Below are positions 26,451-39,095 of a stretch of DNA of 64,000 nucleotides, one piece after another (positions within the stretch are counted from its first letter, which is position 1; every line of letters begins with the position of its first letter). The position numbers and the translations under genes were made by a program. The notes below the pieces were generated by a model. It ran no database searches. It was not told the DNA's origin and was given only the letters and a program-made list of their open reading frames with translations. The stretch comes from the human T2T-CHM13v2.0 reference genome, Homo sapiens: NCBI RefSeq assembly GCF_009914755.1, contig NC_060947.1; one strand, written 5' to 3'.

Positions 26451-28171
26451 TATCTGGGAGAGGTAAGGGATAAAGACATTAACGAGCTCCTTTAAACACA
26501 TCAGGAATGAGATTAGAAGGGGTCTGTTTCAGTGTGAGGAGGAAACAGAGAGAGGGACAAAAAGGTCAGATGCAGTGCCAACAGCGCTGTAAGGTGAGGA
26601 ACAAGATGGTAGTAGCAGAAGAGAATCTGGAGAATGCTGAAGATAAGCTCTTTTTAAATTCTATACTGAAGTCCAGCCCCAACTGCAGCCCTCCCATTTG
26701 CCTAATTACAATGACTCTCAAAAATGCACATCGGGATACATTGCATTGATATCATTTTCAAATAATACTCAAGTTTTATCCTGATAGCAATTAAATTCCC
26801 AATTACCTGGAAGGCAAACACAGTCATGCAAATCATAGATGCAGACTGATTCATATTAGAACTCCAATGTTTATCACTTCAGAACTAGGTAATTTGCATC
26901 TCCTTTCCTTTTTAGAGGCTGCAGTGAAATTTACTTCAACTGGACTTTGTGAGTTACAGGACTAAACTCCATTAATTTTCTGAATATAAAATGTTATTTT
27001 AGCTTATCTGAAAATTGATCTTCTCCCAAGACTATCCCCTTAATCTTTTTCTCCCTCTACTTCTTCATAAATGTATTATCTATTTCAGTCCCTATATTAT
27101 TTATCATCTATTATTATTTATTAATTCACTAACACTATCATATAATTCAGCAATGGAATTTTTGCCACAATGCTTTTCAATACATTTGCATACTGAATAA
27201 AACCATATTGATTCTTAAGGATTTTTATGTGCTAGAAATGCTTGCCACAGACAAATTTGCAAACAAATTTTTATTTGGTTTCTGGAGACAGTATTTCGAC
27301 ATGATTTCAACTGACGCCAACAAATCAAACCAAGTTCTGCAACAAATGCCTTCTTAATAGGTTTTGCACTATTTGTTTTAGTTGACACAATTTATTATAA
27401 TTTAACAGTGTTTCCTTCCTAGGAAAGTCCAAAATCAATAAAAAATGGTGACATATGTTTGTATTTATTTGGAAATACAAATGCATCCAAAGGGCTCTGT
27501 CAGCGTACGATTAATAGAGTACAAGATGTTGTGGTTTGGGGCATCTGATTGTCTGTCTTGTAATATGAATTTTGAAACAGCTTGGGATTCCCGCTCCTTG
27601 GCTTTCAGGTTAGGATAGAATTTCACATTAATGATAAATCACCCTGGATATGTGGTTTTCTATTTCAATTTGCTGCAACTTAGCTTCAACAGTTCACAAG
27701 GGGGGACATGGGACCACACGTGGGATGAGAAGAACTACAAGCTGGTAATAAAATGTTAAGACAAAAAAAGCGAAGACATTTGAAATGTTATTACTGAGAG
27801 AGATGCCAAAACTGGCATTTCTGTCTTTTCTTCCAAATATTATGGTGCACAGGCTGGCAATGGAGAGCCCAAAGCTCAAGGCTGGGCACAGAGGTTCAAC
27901 ATCGAGTTCTCTTCACGACAACCCTCTGGCCTTTTTAGATAAATTTTTCTCCATATTGACAGTTGGGAAATATGATTAAGAATTCCAAGGAGAAAAAGTA
28001 CTCTGCTCTGGGCCTGACTGCCAACCCTTTCACAAACAGATTTTCAGGATCTGCCTGTCTCTTGACCTAGGTCCAGTCCCTTGGTTCTGTTCTGCGGTCC
28101 AGGTACAAGTGAAATTCTATCACAGAATTAAAATATCTCATGGTTAGAAGGATCTGAAAATTCATCTACTT

Positions 28172-28365
28172 CAGTGGCTCCCAAAGGCTAGTTTCAGGGA
28201 CTTGTGCAAAATCCTAATGAAATCTTGCAGGTCTGTAAAACAATAAGGGCAATGTGGTAGAAAGCTAAATGTATTAAAGGACTTTGCCTCACTCTGAGAT
28301 TATGTCCTTTCTACTTTTGGGGTATGAAATGATGGTGTTTTAAATGATAGTTTGTTTTTTCTTCT
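28172..28365. mobile_element. Charlie15-like DNA transposon fossil
   Basis: cagtggctcccaaa...aaagctaaatgtattaaaggact...ctgagattatgtcctttctactttt. Confidence 0.6.
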
Positions 28366-28379
28366 CTAGTGTTCTCCTT

Positions 28380-28770
28380 AGAGGGTGAATCTTCATTTCT
28401 GCCTCATATCTACATGGAAAGAGAGCTCCACTAGGAAAATAGAATTGTTATATGTAGCCACATAGGACAAATTGATCCCTCCTCTAAAAACTAACCCTCC
28501 CTAAGTATTTTTTACTCCTAATTAAACATCCTGGGTTCCTTATGTCATGACTTGGAGTCCCTTCATCTCACTAGTAATCCTCTTCTGAAAAGACTCATTT
28601 TTCAGACTGCAGTCTGAAACCATCCTTTTAAGAGACAGTTTTCAAAAAGGAATCTAATAGTGCAAGTGAAATGTGGTCAGTAACTATTAGAGCAGGCCCA
28701 TTCCTTATTAGTTTGGGATTCTACACTTCTATAAATATCTTCCCCTATTAGCGATTTTGTCAGTAACTGA
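28380..28770 (-). mobile_element. L3/CR1 LINE fragment
   Basis: Degenerate antisense CR1 RT region: cccttcatctcactagtaatcctcttctgaaa...catccttttaaga...attctacacttctat. Confidence 0.5.
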
Positions 28771-29330
28771 ATCATCTGGAAGCATATGGCCCAAGCCACA
28801 GGAGTTTCCCAACTGTTATCTTGAAATCAAGTGACCATCAAGGTCAAATGTCATAAAAAGGTCAGAGAAGTCACACCCTCATATATGTTTGATACCACCT
28901 GGTCCTTAGCTCCTGATTCGGGTCTGCCACCAGTTCCTACATTTTTTTTCCATGGTTATTGAAATTTGATGCTGACCTGATCTGATAATTGGTCTTGCCA
29001 TGCCCTTTGGTTTCCCTGGAAAGGGATCTTCTGGAATGCCAGGGGAGCTTGACAGTACCCTCAGGCCAAACTGTCACAAACATTTTCCCATTCAGTTTGC
29101 TTGTTTGGTGTGTGCCTTTGGCTACATCTATAAAATGCCAAAACATTCAGCTTACTCTGTCAATAAATCAGGCAATTCAGTGGATAAATTTTAGTCAAAT
29201 CAGTTGTTTATCAGCATGTAGAAAAACATAGTAATCCAAATGAAAAATATAAGAAGGTTACAATGATGTTAACAAAAATTATGTATGACAGATCCTTAAT
29301 GAGTGGAGAGTAGTTAAGGTTATTAGGAAT

Positions 29331-29627
29331 CAAAGGATACAAAATTTTATTTAGACAGGAAGAATAATTTCAAGAGATTTATTGTACAACATGGTGACTG
29401 TAGTTAATAGCAATGTATTGTATACCTGAAAATTACTAAGAAAGTAGATTCTAAGTGTTCTCACCACAAAAAAATGATAAGTCTATGCGGTAATGCATAT
29501 GTTAATTAGCTTGATCTAGCCATTGCACAATGTATACATATTTTAATTATGCTGTATACCACATATGTATATAATTTTAATTTGTCAATTTAAAAATAAT
29601 AAGAACAATTTTAAAACATGGGCAAAA
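29331..29627 (+). mobile_element. 5'-truncated L1MA 3' end
   Basis: caaaggatacaaaattttatttagacaggaagaataatttcaagagatttattgtacaacatggtgact...tgttctcaccacaaaaaaatgataag; TSD aaggttattaggaat / aagattattagggat. Confidence 0.9.
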
Positions 29628-31554
29628 AAGATTATTAGGGATTGTTCCTAAGCTTTTAAGGTTGCTGTCATGAAAAGCAAATATATCCATCTTACCACAA
29701 AATTTATCTTACTGCCACAGTTGAAGGTAGAATCTTAGGCTATAGGAAACACTGGCATGATCCAATCTGGCAGGTCTTAAATTCTTATAAAAACATGAGA
29801 AAAGGACAAAGTAATTCAGAGAAAGGAAATAAAAATTCAGAAGTCATAAGCTAGTTATATCATTGTGTGCCTGCTAGACACCTTGAAACAAAAGCCAGAT
29901 TCATCCAGAAAGCATTTTCTGATTATTAATCCATAAATTCATATAATACTATAAGAAAACAGGACAGCGGTAAGTTATTATTTTAAATATAACAACCCAG
30001 AAGTTATAGGCCTAGTCTAAGGATAACAAACTTGGCATTTAGAAACTGAGACACATGAAAGAAATTATCATTCCTGCCTTTTAATCAATTTATAAAGGCT
30101 GTACGCCCTCAGTTGCCTCAAAAACAAATCAGTAGCTATTTAGGGTTAAGTATTGGGCTTTTTTCTAACTATAAATGAAACCATAAGCCACATGAAAGCA
30201 TTTTGACAATGTCATTTAGAAGGAGGTGATAGAAATCTGAGCTTTAACTAAAATGTTCCCTTGTTTTAAATAAATTTACCTTACTCCTTGTTTTAAGTAA
30301 ATTCACTTTACCTGAGTTCTAATTTAGATATTGATAAAGAAGTTTCATTTACCTTACTTTTTAAAGTAGCTAAGAATATAATGTAAGGAATTTTCATGCT
30401 GGAGTAACTTGTATTAAACCATAGCACTTAGTGGTGAGATACAGCATCACACCTATACTTTCGAGATACTATTTAGATCCATAAGAAGAGTGAAGACAAA
30501 CAGGTTTAGAATAACAGGTTTAGAATAAATTATTTTCCTGAAAAAGGGTAAGAGGAACAGTAGACCTATGGCAGAAGAAAGAACCCAAAGAAAACACCTT
30601 TCCCCCACCCCCAAATAATCATGACATCAGTGCCATCTAAGAAATGTCTTCTTGATACCTACCTTTCTCCGTATTTTTAACATTCCACTCAGTGGGGTAC
30701 AAGGAGGCAGGAACTCATGGGAACACATCTTCAGCATTCTAATGTAAGGCAAAAGCAAAATAGCATTTATCTTATAGCCAACATTGTTGGAATATATCTA
30801 TTTGGTCAAGCAGCGGATACTGAGAGAGTGTTAACATTAAAGACATTTGCTGTCCCAAAGCCTTTTGTGTACTGAAAATGAGTTCCATTCCTAATGGGTT
30901 GCTAAGTGTAAAGCCAGAAAAAAAAAAGTGGCTGACAGAATTTGGAGCAGAAGAAATAGAAATGACTACAATAGAAAGATGCTTAATAAAACTGTTGAAA
31001 AAAATATTTTGAGAATAATTATTTTACTGTCAATTTGCTTATAATTTTCATGGTTGAATGGGCTATGATAATTGTACCTTTGCTTCTGTTCCAAAGTAAT
31101 GCCAATTATTATGTTTTGCAGCTATTCATCATGTTTACCATTCACGTGTATCAGTCAAATTGGCCCTTTTGATTTCAGTATAAGTTATGTGGAAATCAAA
31201 GTTTGGGATTACCAAAAGGTTTTTTCCTTTCCCACCTGGAAACCACTTACCTACAAGCTTGATTGAATCCTAGTGAGGTCACTTGTTTCTCAATAAGACC
31301 CTACGAAAGACTACTTTGGCCTGAGGCCCTTCCTGCTCTGCCCTGGCTCCTGGCACTTTTTCCTTCAACTGCCTTTTGTTCCCTGCACTTTTTGAGCTTT
31401 TACCTCTCCCGGTTGTTCAGGAACCTAACCTCCCCTCCAAACCGAATGTTTCAACAACCCTTTCCTCTTTAGTGTTCTCTTCCCTCAGGGTCTTGCTCTC
31501 TGATTTTCAAGATGAAGACAAAATATTCTATAATAGAACTACCTAGTAAGGGGA

Positions 31555-31785
31555 ATTTAGCATAACAGTTAAGAGTTCCAGCTCCAGAGTTAGATTGAAA
31601 TGTGTTAGAATTTCTCTTGTAGTGTCCTTGTAAGGTATGGGCTTAGAAAAAAAAGGAAAAACAAATAAAAAGAAAAAAGGAAAATTTAAAAATAAACTTT
31701 AAAAAAGTGTCTTGTAGTAGCTGAGGGATTTATAGACAAGCTACTTGAGCACTCAGCCTCGGTTTTCACATCTCTAAATGACATG
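31555..31785 (+). mobile_element. MIR interrupted by a short poly-A insertion
   Basis: tagcataacagttaagagttccagctccagagttaga...tagctgagggatttatagacaagctactt...gcctcggttttcacatct. Confidence 0.65.
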
Positions 31786-31809
31786 TTTATTGACAGGAAT
31801 AACTACAGA

Positions 31810-32350
31810 AAGGTAAGAAAGTGCCTGATTCTCTGATTTTGGCTTGAGTATCTGAGTTGTGGGTGGGGAGATAATGAGTTTTGAAGATTCATGGTTTGTG
31901 GTGCCTGTGCGTCATCAAGAGCGCTGCCCCTGTGTCAGTTGAAAATGCTGATTTGGAGCTCAAGAGAGAGGTCAGAGCTGGAGATACAGGCTAAAAGGTC
32001 ATCAGCCTATGCTGATTATATAGAAGTAGATGGGATTGTCTGGGGTAAAGGTGCCAAATGAGAAGCACAGATGGCCATGGTCAGGGCTCTGAAGAACAGC
32101 AACAATTAAGTGGTGATTAGAGGAAGAGGACCCAGCACAGGAAACTGAGAAATGGCCATACAGAAGAAGAACCAGTAGGGATGTCATGTTGGTAACCAAA
32201 GGAGTAGATAATTTTGAAAATGAGGTAGTCAACAGTGTGAAATGCCATAGAAGTGTCAGCTGAGATGACAAAAAAATATTAGTTTATTGAATTTGACAGG
32301 TAGGAGTCAATGGCATTTGCCACTCTTCTAGTTGGGTGGTGGGGGAGAAG
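31810..32350 (-). mobile_element. L2 fragment
   Basis: tggagctcaagagagaggtcagagctggagataca...gtcatcagcctat...gtcaacagtgtgaaatgcc. Confidence 0.8.
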
Positions 32351-32929
32351 CATAACTCTTAGACGCACATTTTGAGGGACTATAAATTTCTTCTAACACA
32401 TATGGAAAGCGGTTTCTCAGTAGACTCCAAGAATATGTTGCCATTAGAAGTGATCAACAGGTGCTAAGCAGACGGCCCTGGAGATGAGAGCCCAACAGTC
32501 TGAATTGGCTACGTCCACAGAAAACATTTAAGAAGGGAGCTTTGTTTAAAAAGATTAAGCAATAGCTAATGACTCTGGGAATGTTGCCTCTTACTATGTA
32601 AAAGGAGAAGCTGGTTTGTGTACAATGTGGTTAATAATGAATTAAAACTTTAAGTCTCTTGCTGAACACGCTGATTATAATATAGTACAGGATTAAATAA
32701 TCGTGTTTGTTTTAACCTCAATTTTAGCCCACCCAAAATAGTGAAGTCCATTATGTAAACTTCAGACTGCTAATTTAGACTAGAACAAGTAGAAAGTACC
32801 TTTTCCTTAATTCAATGGAATCAATTAAATATATAGGGCTGCAGGCAACATTGCTGAATCTCATAGCCTCGAGCTCTTTTCCACAGGGTTTCCTGTGTGA
32901 ACTAATACATGAAGCTAGGTTAAGCTTGT

Positions 32930-33873
32930 TGAAATGAAGAAACGGTCTTGTGGGGAGTAATTGAAAGAATTGGAGATATTTAAACTGGAGATGAGCTGAC
33001 TCCAAGGAACATGACACATCTTCAAATACGTGACATAAAAAAAATTTGAAGGTTCTTTGTGACCCAAAACCATTCAAAGACCCTTAAGTACAATCTTAAT
33101 AAATATAAATTTGCAGTCAGTTAAGAAAAGTTCTCATTAGTAATAGCTGTTCAAAGATACATAGGCCACCCAAAGAATTAGTAAGTTTCCCACCACAGGA
33201 AGTATCCAAGCCAAAGTTAAATGGCCATTTGTCTCAGATGCAATAAAAATGATATAACTGGATTAGTTAGGATTAGATTCACTTGTATATAATAGAAAGA
33301 AAGCAAAAGATCAGAAAACTCAACAACGATGGCTAAATAATATAGAAGTTTATTTTTCTTTCATGTTAAAAGTGATTTGGAAGTGGGCAGTCCGAAGCTA
33401 CAGGGTAACTCTCTAGTGTCATCACGGACCTGGCGTCCTGTCTTTCTGTTGTATCATCCTATCCCATGTCTTCTACCCGCAAGGATACTTCATGGGCCCA
33501 TGGAGTTCCAACAACATGTCTTTACTATAGGCCTCAAAAAGGAGGAAAGGAAGAAAACCAAAAGAAGCCCCTCCTGAATGTGTCCACTCCCTTTCAGAAA
33601 CCTCCCTGGAAGTCCCACATGACACCTTTGCTTACATATTATTGCCTAAAAGTTAGTCTCATGGCCTTGGCTAGCTGCAAGGAAGGTCAGAAAAACAGAA
33701 TTATCTTTGATTCTGGGTAGAAATGTGTTCATCTAAAAATAGCCATTCTGTGCCTGAGGAGAAAGAGAAGAAGAGATGTTGGAGTAGGCAATAGCCATCT
33801 GTGGCACAACAGCCATCTGACGAGTTGGAGCTTAACAAAGTTTAAGATTCTTTCCAACCCTTAGATTGCGTGA
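32930..33873 (+). mobile_element. L3/CR1 3' region split by an MLT1
   Basis: agtaagtttccccaccacaggaagtatccaagccaaagtt...gccatttgtc | aagattctttccaacccttagattgcgtga. Confidence 0.65.
33262..33808 (-). mobile_element. MLT1J/K-type MaLR LTR
   Basis: attagttaggattag...ggctaaataatatagaagtttatttttct...catggccttggctagctgcaaggaagg...ctgtggcaca. Confidence 0.8.
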
Positions 33874-34237
33874 GCTCATAACAGGATTATGCATCAAGAG
33901 AACTGCTTTCAACATACTCTTGATCTGGGAGGCAAGACTGTCCTTATATGTATCCCCACCATCTGTGTAACTGGTTCCCGGCATTAAATATCCTCTGTTT
34001 TAAGCACTTACAGTGGTTTTCTATTTTTCTGGTTGGCCCCAGATTAATTCAGTGCCTGAAACTATTAATCTTATTGTTAAAATCTGCTCTCTTTAGAGAG
34101 TCTCTGAGGGAATAAGATATAAAATAAGCAGGTTTTAGTGAAAATAATTGGATAAGGAGAGATACAGAGACTGGAGGCAATTTCTTAGTAGGGGAGGAAA
34201 GCCACCAGAGCTTTCAAGGCAGCCAGGAGAACAACTA

Positions 34238-34340
34238 TTTGTTCAAATACCAAATATTTACTGAGCAGGCACTACATGCCAGGCACTGTTAGATGCTAGA
34301 AATAGAATGGTGAACAAGACAGACATGGTTTCTGGCCTCG
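34238..34340 (-). mobile_element. L2 3' end
   Basis: caaatatttactgagcaggcactacatgccaggcactgtt...gtgaacaagacagacatgg. Confidence 0.85.
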
Positions 34341-35389
34341 CGGATCTCATGGATCATAGAAAAATGAGAGATTTAAGAAGTATAAGACAATTAAGAAATT
34401 AGAGTTGACACTGAGGACGTTAGGCCATAAGCAAACTTCAAAAAACGGATCCTTTGGCCTTTGCTTTGATTCATAAAACAAATTAGGAGCATGGGGGCTA
34501 TTCCGAAATGTCTGAGGAACACTGACCTTGAAACTGTTTTCCTCCCTCTTCATGCCTTCCTTTGTGATTCCTTAAAGGCGGTGTTCTTCCATGTTCACAA
34601 TTTTCCTTTCCTGCTTTCCATAATTCTTCCCTCGCCTTGTATTGGGTTATGTAGCTCTGTGTCAACCCATTGTAAATATTGCTGCATTTGCAAGTATAAT
34701 AACAAATTCCATGCAACTTTGCCTTTCCATATTGTCTGACAAGAGGCCATTATTGTTTTAAATTTGTACTTACATACTGTAATATTTGCATTTTGCATTT
34801 AATCACTGTCACATTTTAGTGACGGGAAGTGGAGCTGGGGACAACAATTGATATTATGTATCTCGACCTGAAATAGTACCCGCAGATGGGATGTTGCCTG
34901 GACCCATATAGCCTTCAGTGATTTATAACTCAATGATCATAATGTGTCTGTTGACCTTCCAGACAGTTCAGTAATCATTGTTTTGTACCTAACTTGCTTG
35001 AAATCTAAAACTACTTCATCCAAGCAAAAGGAAGCAAGCACTGTATTTAAAGGAAGTCTCCATTTTAAATGGCTTTGACAACCTCCTCCCAGTAGCCTTT
35101 TCAAAGTTTCCCGACTCCTCCCTTGCTTGTTTCTTGTTTATCTTCCTCAGTCATAATGCACAGTTTGGACTTGACTATTAGTATTGCTTATTATATTCTG
35201 CCCTGTATCATGAGTTCCTCATCTTTCTGCAGGTGAATTGTAACCAATTTAAAGACAGGACCAGGTCTTTTAATTCATGTTTGGTTAATGACACCATATT
35301 CCGCCCCCCCCTCCTTTTTTTTTTTTGCCTCTGTTTTCCTTTTGGTAGGCCTTAGATTTTATCCAACCCCCTACTCCTCCCCACACACA

Positions 35390-35595
35390 ACACTCTAGCT
35401 TTCCTACTCCTAGGGTCTGCCAGCAACTAACCTTGTGACCTTGGTCAAATTGCTTAACCTCTCAGAAACTGCTTTTCTATCCATAGAATGGAGTTGACGC
35501 CTACCTACCTCTTGGTGCTAAGGCTGGAATGAGGAAAGGTAACCTTTTAAATAACAGTTAGAAGAGAACCTAGCACATAGAAGGAATTCAGTTAG
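35390..35595 (+). mobile_element. MIR
   Basis: actaaccttgtgaccttggtcaaattgcttaacctctcag...acctagcacatagaagg. Confidence 0.7.
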
Positions 35596-35740
35596 TCTAC
35601 TTCTCTTCTCCCTGACCCACAGTCTACCAAAAAACTCGATCTATTCTGAGACCCATGCCCTCAGAGTCCTATCCTCTGTGAATGTGACCACCCTAGTAAG
35701 TTAGTGCATTACCCCTGCTACATGGTATATGTGTAGTTTA

Positions 35741-35872
35741 TTTATATTTTTATTTTTAATTTTTTTGAGATGGTATGTTGCCCAGGCTGATCTCAAATTC
35801 CTGGGCTCAAGGGACCCTCCTGCCTTGGCCTCCTGAAGTGCTGGGGTTACAGGCATGAGCCACCACACCCAG
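35741..35872 (-). mobile_element. FLAM / Alu left monomer
   Basis: Single monomer tatgttgcccaggctg...tgagccaccacacccagc; TSD approx. gtatatgtgtagttta / gtatgtgtacttta. Confidence 0.85.
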
Positions 35873-35926
35873 CAGTATGTGTACTTTAAATGGAGTTCCA
35901 TCTAGTAGAATGTAAGTTTCAACTGA

Positions 35927-36249
<323 letters not shown>

Positions 36250-36289
36250 CTACGTAGATCCCTTCCTGGTATCTTCTGTCATGACACCC

Positions 36290-36490
36290 ATTGCATTCAT
36301 ATTTATCATAGCACATAGCACAATTTAAAGTGAATCACTTCTGTGTCTCTTTACATGTTTATTGTGTCTCACCCAATAGGCCGTACACTCAAAGGCAAAA
36401 GCCACATCTGCTTTAATTATCAGTGAATTTCCAGAACGCAACAGAGTGCTTGGCACACAGCAGACAATATTTTTTGATAGATTGGTGGGT
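36290..36490 (+). mobile_element. L2 3' end
   Basis: ttatcatagcacatagcacaattt...gcaacagagtgcttggcacacagcag. Confidence 0.6.
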
Positions 36491-37479
36491 AGCTGGAAGG
36501 ATAAACAGATGTAGTAAGTAGATACAGTTAGAATAAATGAAACATGGTGGAAATTTCAGGCTCAGTAGCCAGGTGGTGGAGTAATACTGGGCGGCGGACA
36601 GGTTATTTGCCACCTCAAATTGGGTGGAGATACACTTCCTTGAGGAGTAAGCATTAGGAATAGGTTAACTAAATGGAGCAAATGGGTGTATAGAGATGGT
36701 AGGCAAGATGCTGAGAATTTGCCAAGACATTGTGTCTAAAGGCACAGGAACTTTCAAAATATAATGTTTATTATCAAATGCATTTTATGCAAAAGCGCCA
36801 GAACAGACCTGCCAAATATTTCATCTTGTTTTTTCCTTTGTCTTCTCTGTGCAGAATCTAGCATTAAAGCCCAGTTACTCTGGCCTCCATATTCTAGCAA
36901 AAGTTCTTAGCTTCTGAAGTGAAAAATACACCGCCACCAACCTGTCACAGCTGAGGAATCAGAAAACAAGTTAGGTTTTTGAGCTGTCAGGTTGAAAAGG
37001 ATTTGCAAGCCCCTTCCCACCTACTCTCTGCTATGAAGATGGATTTCCAGAGGTTTGAGAGAGATTTGTACTATGGCTTTGAGGTTTACAAAATGCCAAC
37101 ATCCAAGGAGTTTGAATTATTCCTCTCCTGTATTTCATTTGTAATGTACCCTTGCCAGCATAACGAGTACTAGAAGGGCATTTGAACAGTAATAAGGCCC
37201 TTAACACTTGTGAGCAGCTATTTCCCTTGCAATGCAGTTGTTGTGCTGAAGGAAAATAACCAGTAGCAAAATGGGTTAAGCCCGTTCTTCCAAAATCTAA
37301 TGCCACTTGGTTTGTAGTTAGGAACCAGTGCCCTGAGTGATTCATTCCTGAAAGATATGAAATTTAGGATTTTCAGTTAAATATTATGAATCTGCTCTTT
37401 CTCTTCCCGATTTCCCTACTCCCTCCTCACTGTGAGGGGGGAATAATTCACTCAAGAACTCGCAAATTGGAGAACCCAG

Positions 37480-37690
37480 TGGAGCCAGTTTTTATTTCAT
37501 CTCCATGTATCGTCTGTGAGACCTCTGGCAAGTCACTTAGCCTCTCTGAAACTCAGTTTTCTCAAACATAAAATGAGAACAATACCAATACCTACTTATT
37601 AGGAATTTTTTAAAGGTTTTAAAAGAACATCTGTGAAAAGTATATAGCACGTTCTGGCATAATCTAAGTACTTCACAAATGTTAGCTAAG
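37480..37690 (+). mobile_element. MIR
   Basis: tgtgagacctctggcaagtcacttagcctctctgaaactcagttttctc...ctggcataatctaagtacttcacaaatgttagcta. Confidence 0.85.
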
Positions 37691-38462
37691 TTACTGCTAA
37701 TTTAACCAAGTACTTCTAAGTAGAGTTACTTAAGAGACTGCTTTTGAATGGTTGTTCCGAGACTATTTAACATCCTGCCTTATTAGAGAATGATTTCTAA
37801 TTGGTATACTAATATTTACTTATAAATGAGTATAACTAAAGTGCTTGAAATGTTGTCCTTTTGTTAACATTATTCTTCATTTGCTTTCTTTATAAATAGA
37901 ATAAAAGAAAACTTCATTCAGCCAACAGTCTTAGTATCACCACAAATACCAGTTAACAATATTGTACTAAATTTTGATTTTTCAAAGTACTTTTGGGCGT
38001 TTAAACAACCAAAATGTTCTTTTCATGGTTTCTTGCTCAAATGCAAACAAGAATTTTCTCGAAAGGGGTCTACGGACTGCCAGTGGAAACTTGACACTCA
38101 GCCAAGTCTTAATTCAGAGTCAATAAGTAATACCCCTATGCCCAGGTAGATGTGTAAATTTTCTCCACATGATAAATAAGCAGACTGTGATTTCTATCAA
38201 ATCAATCTTGGTTTGAGTCAGTCCTTCTCTAATCAATAAATCTAGATGTGCACTGAAATATGAAGTCAATATATGCAGTGTTGTATTCACTTTAAACTCC
38301 TTCATCAAAAGTACCTAGCAATTTTTCTATTATTGCCATAAATTCAAAATACCAGGTTTTTTCTTTTTCGCTTAACTACCACTCTAAAGGGCAATAAGTT
38401 TCTGGGTCCTGAAAAAGTTCTTGCTTGGCTCTGGTTAGAAATCCACATAGATTATCTGACCC

Positions 38463-38575
38463 AATCAATGCAGTAGCTACAATTACATTGGAACTGCACT
38501 ATAAAGCCGAATTGGGTATGAGGCAATATCAGCGGAAATTGTGGTGTTTGAAAGTTATTGCTGGGATATTTGCAG
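38463..38575 (-). mobile_element. MER131-like ancient conserved repeat
   Basis: Minus strand ctgcaaatatcccagcaataactttcaaacaccacaatttccgctgatattgcctcatacccaattcggctttatagtgcagttcc is colinear with the MER131 consensus as I recall it. Confidence 0.6.
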
Positions 38576-39095
38576 TTTTAAACTAGAAATTCTAAGAAGT
38601 TGGAGGCTTCTGGGTAATGTAGGAATTATAGAGAAGGGATCTGCCATTTTCCAGAAAAGGTCATGGGCCTTCCACTGCTTCCCTTAATAATACTCCTTTT
38701 CATTGTATGTATGTATGTACAGAGCCAGGCTCATCAATGCCTGCAAATCTTGACAATTTGATGTTTGTGCAACTTCCTCAGAATTTTTAAACTGATGGAA
38801 GATCCCTGCCTGCTCATTCCTTCTCTGCGCTTCAAACAATCAAATTCAGCCCTCTTCACTTCCTTCTACACTTGTTTCTATTTAGTAGCTGCTCCTGACA
38901 CCCTTTAGTAGGGGCTGTGGGATATTGTGGAGATCAATTCTTGCCATCAGCCAATACAACCACCACAAAGCTATATGTGACCAGGATCTGGGTCTATTCT
39001 AAACTTACTCAACTCAGAAGGGATTGTCATTCATTCTAAGTTAAATCTTACTCTGTTGTTAATACGTGTATTTTGAACTGTTAAGACTCTTAGCT

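Noticed and set aside
30259-30529. Small tandem duplications (ccttgttttaa.taaatt x2; aacaggtttagaat x2)
   Set aside because: Ordinary slippage events with no further structure
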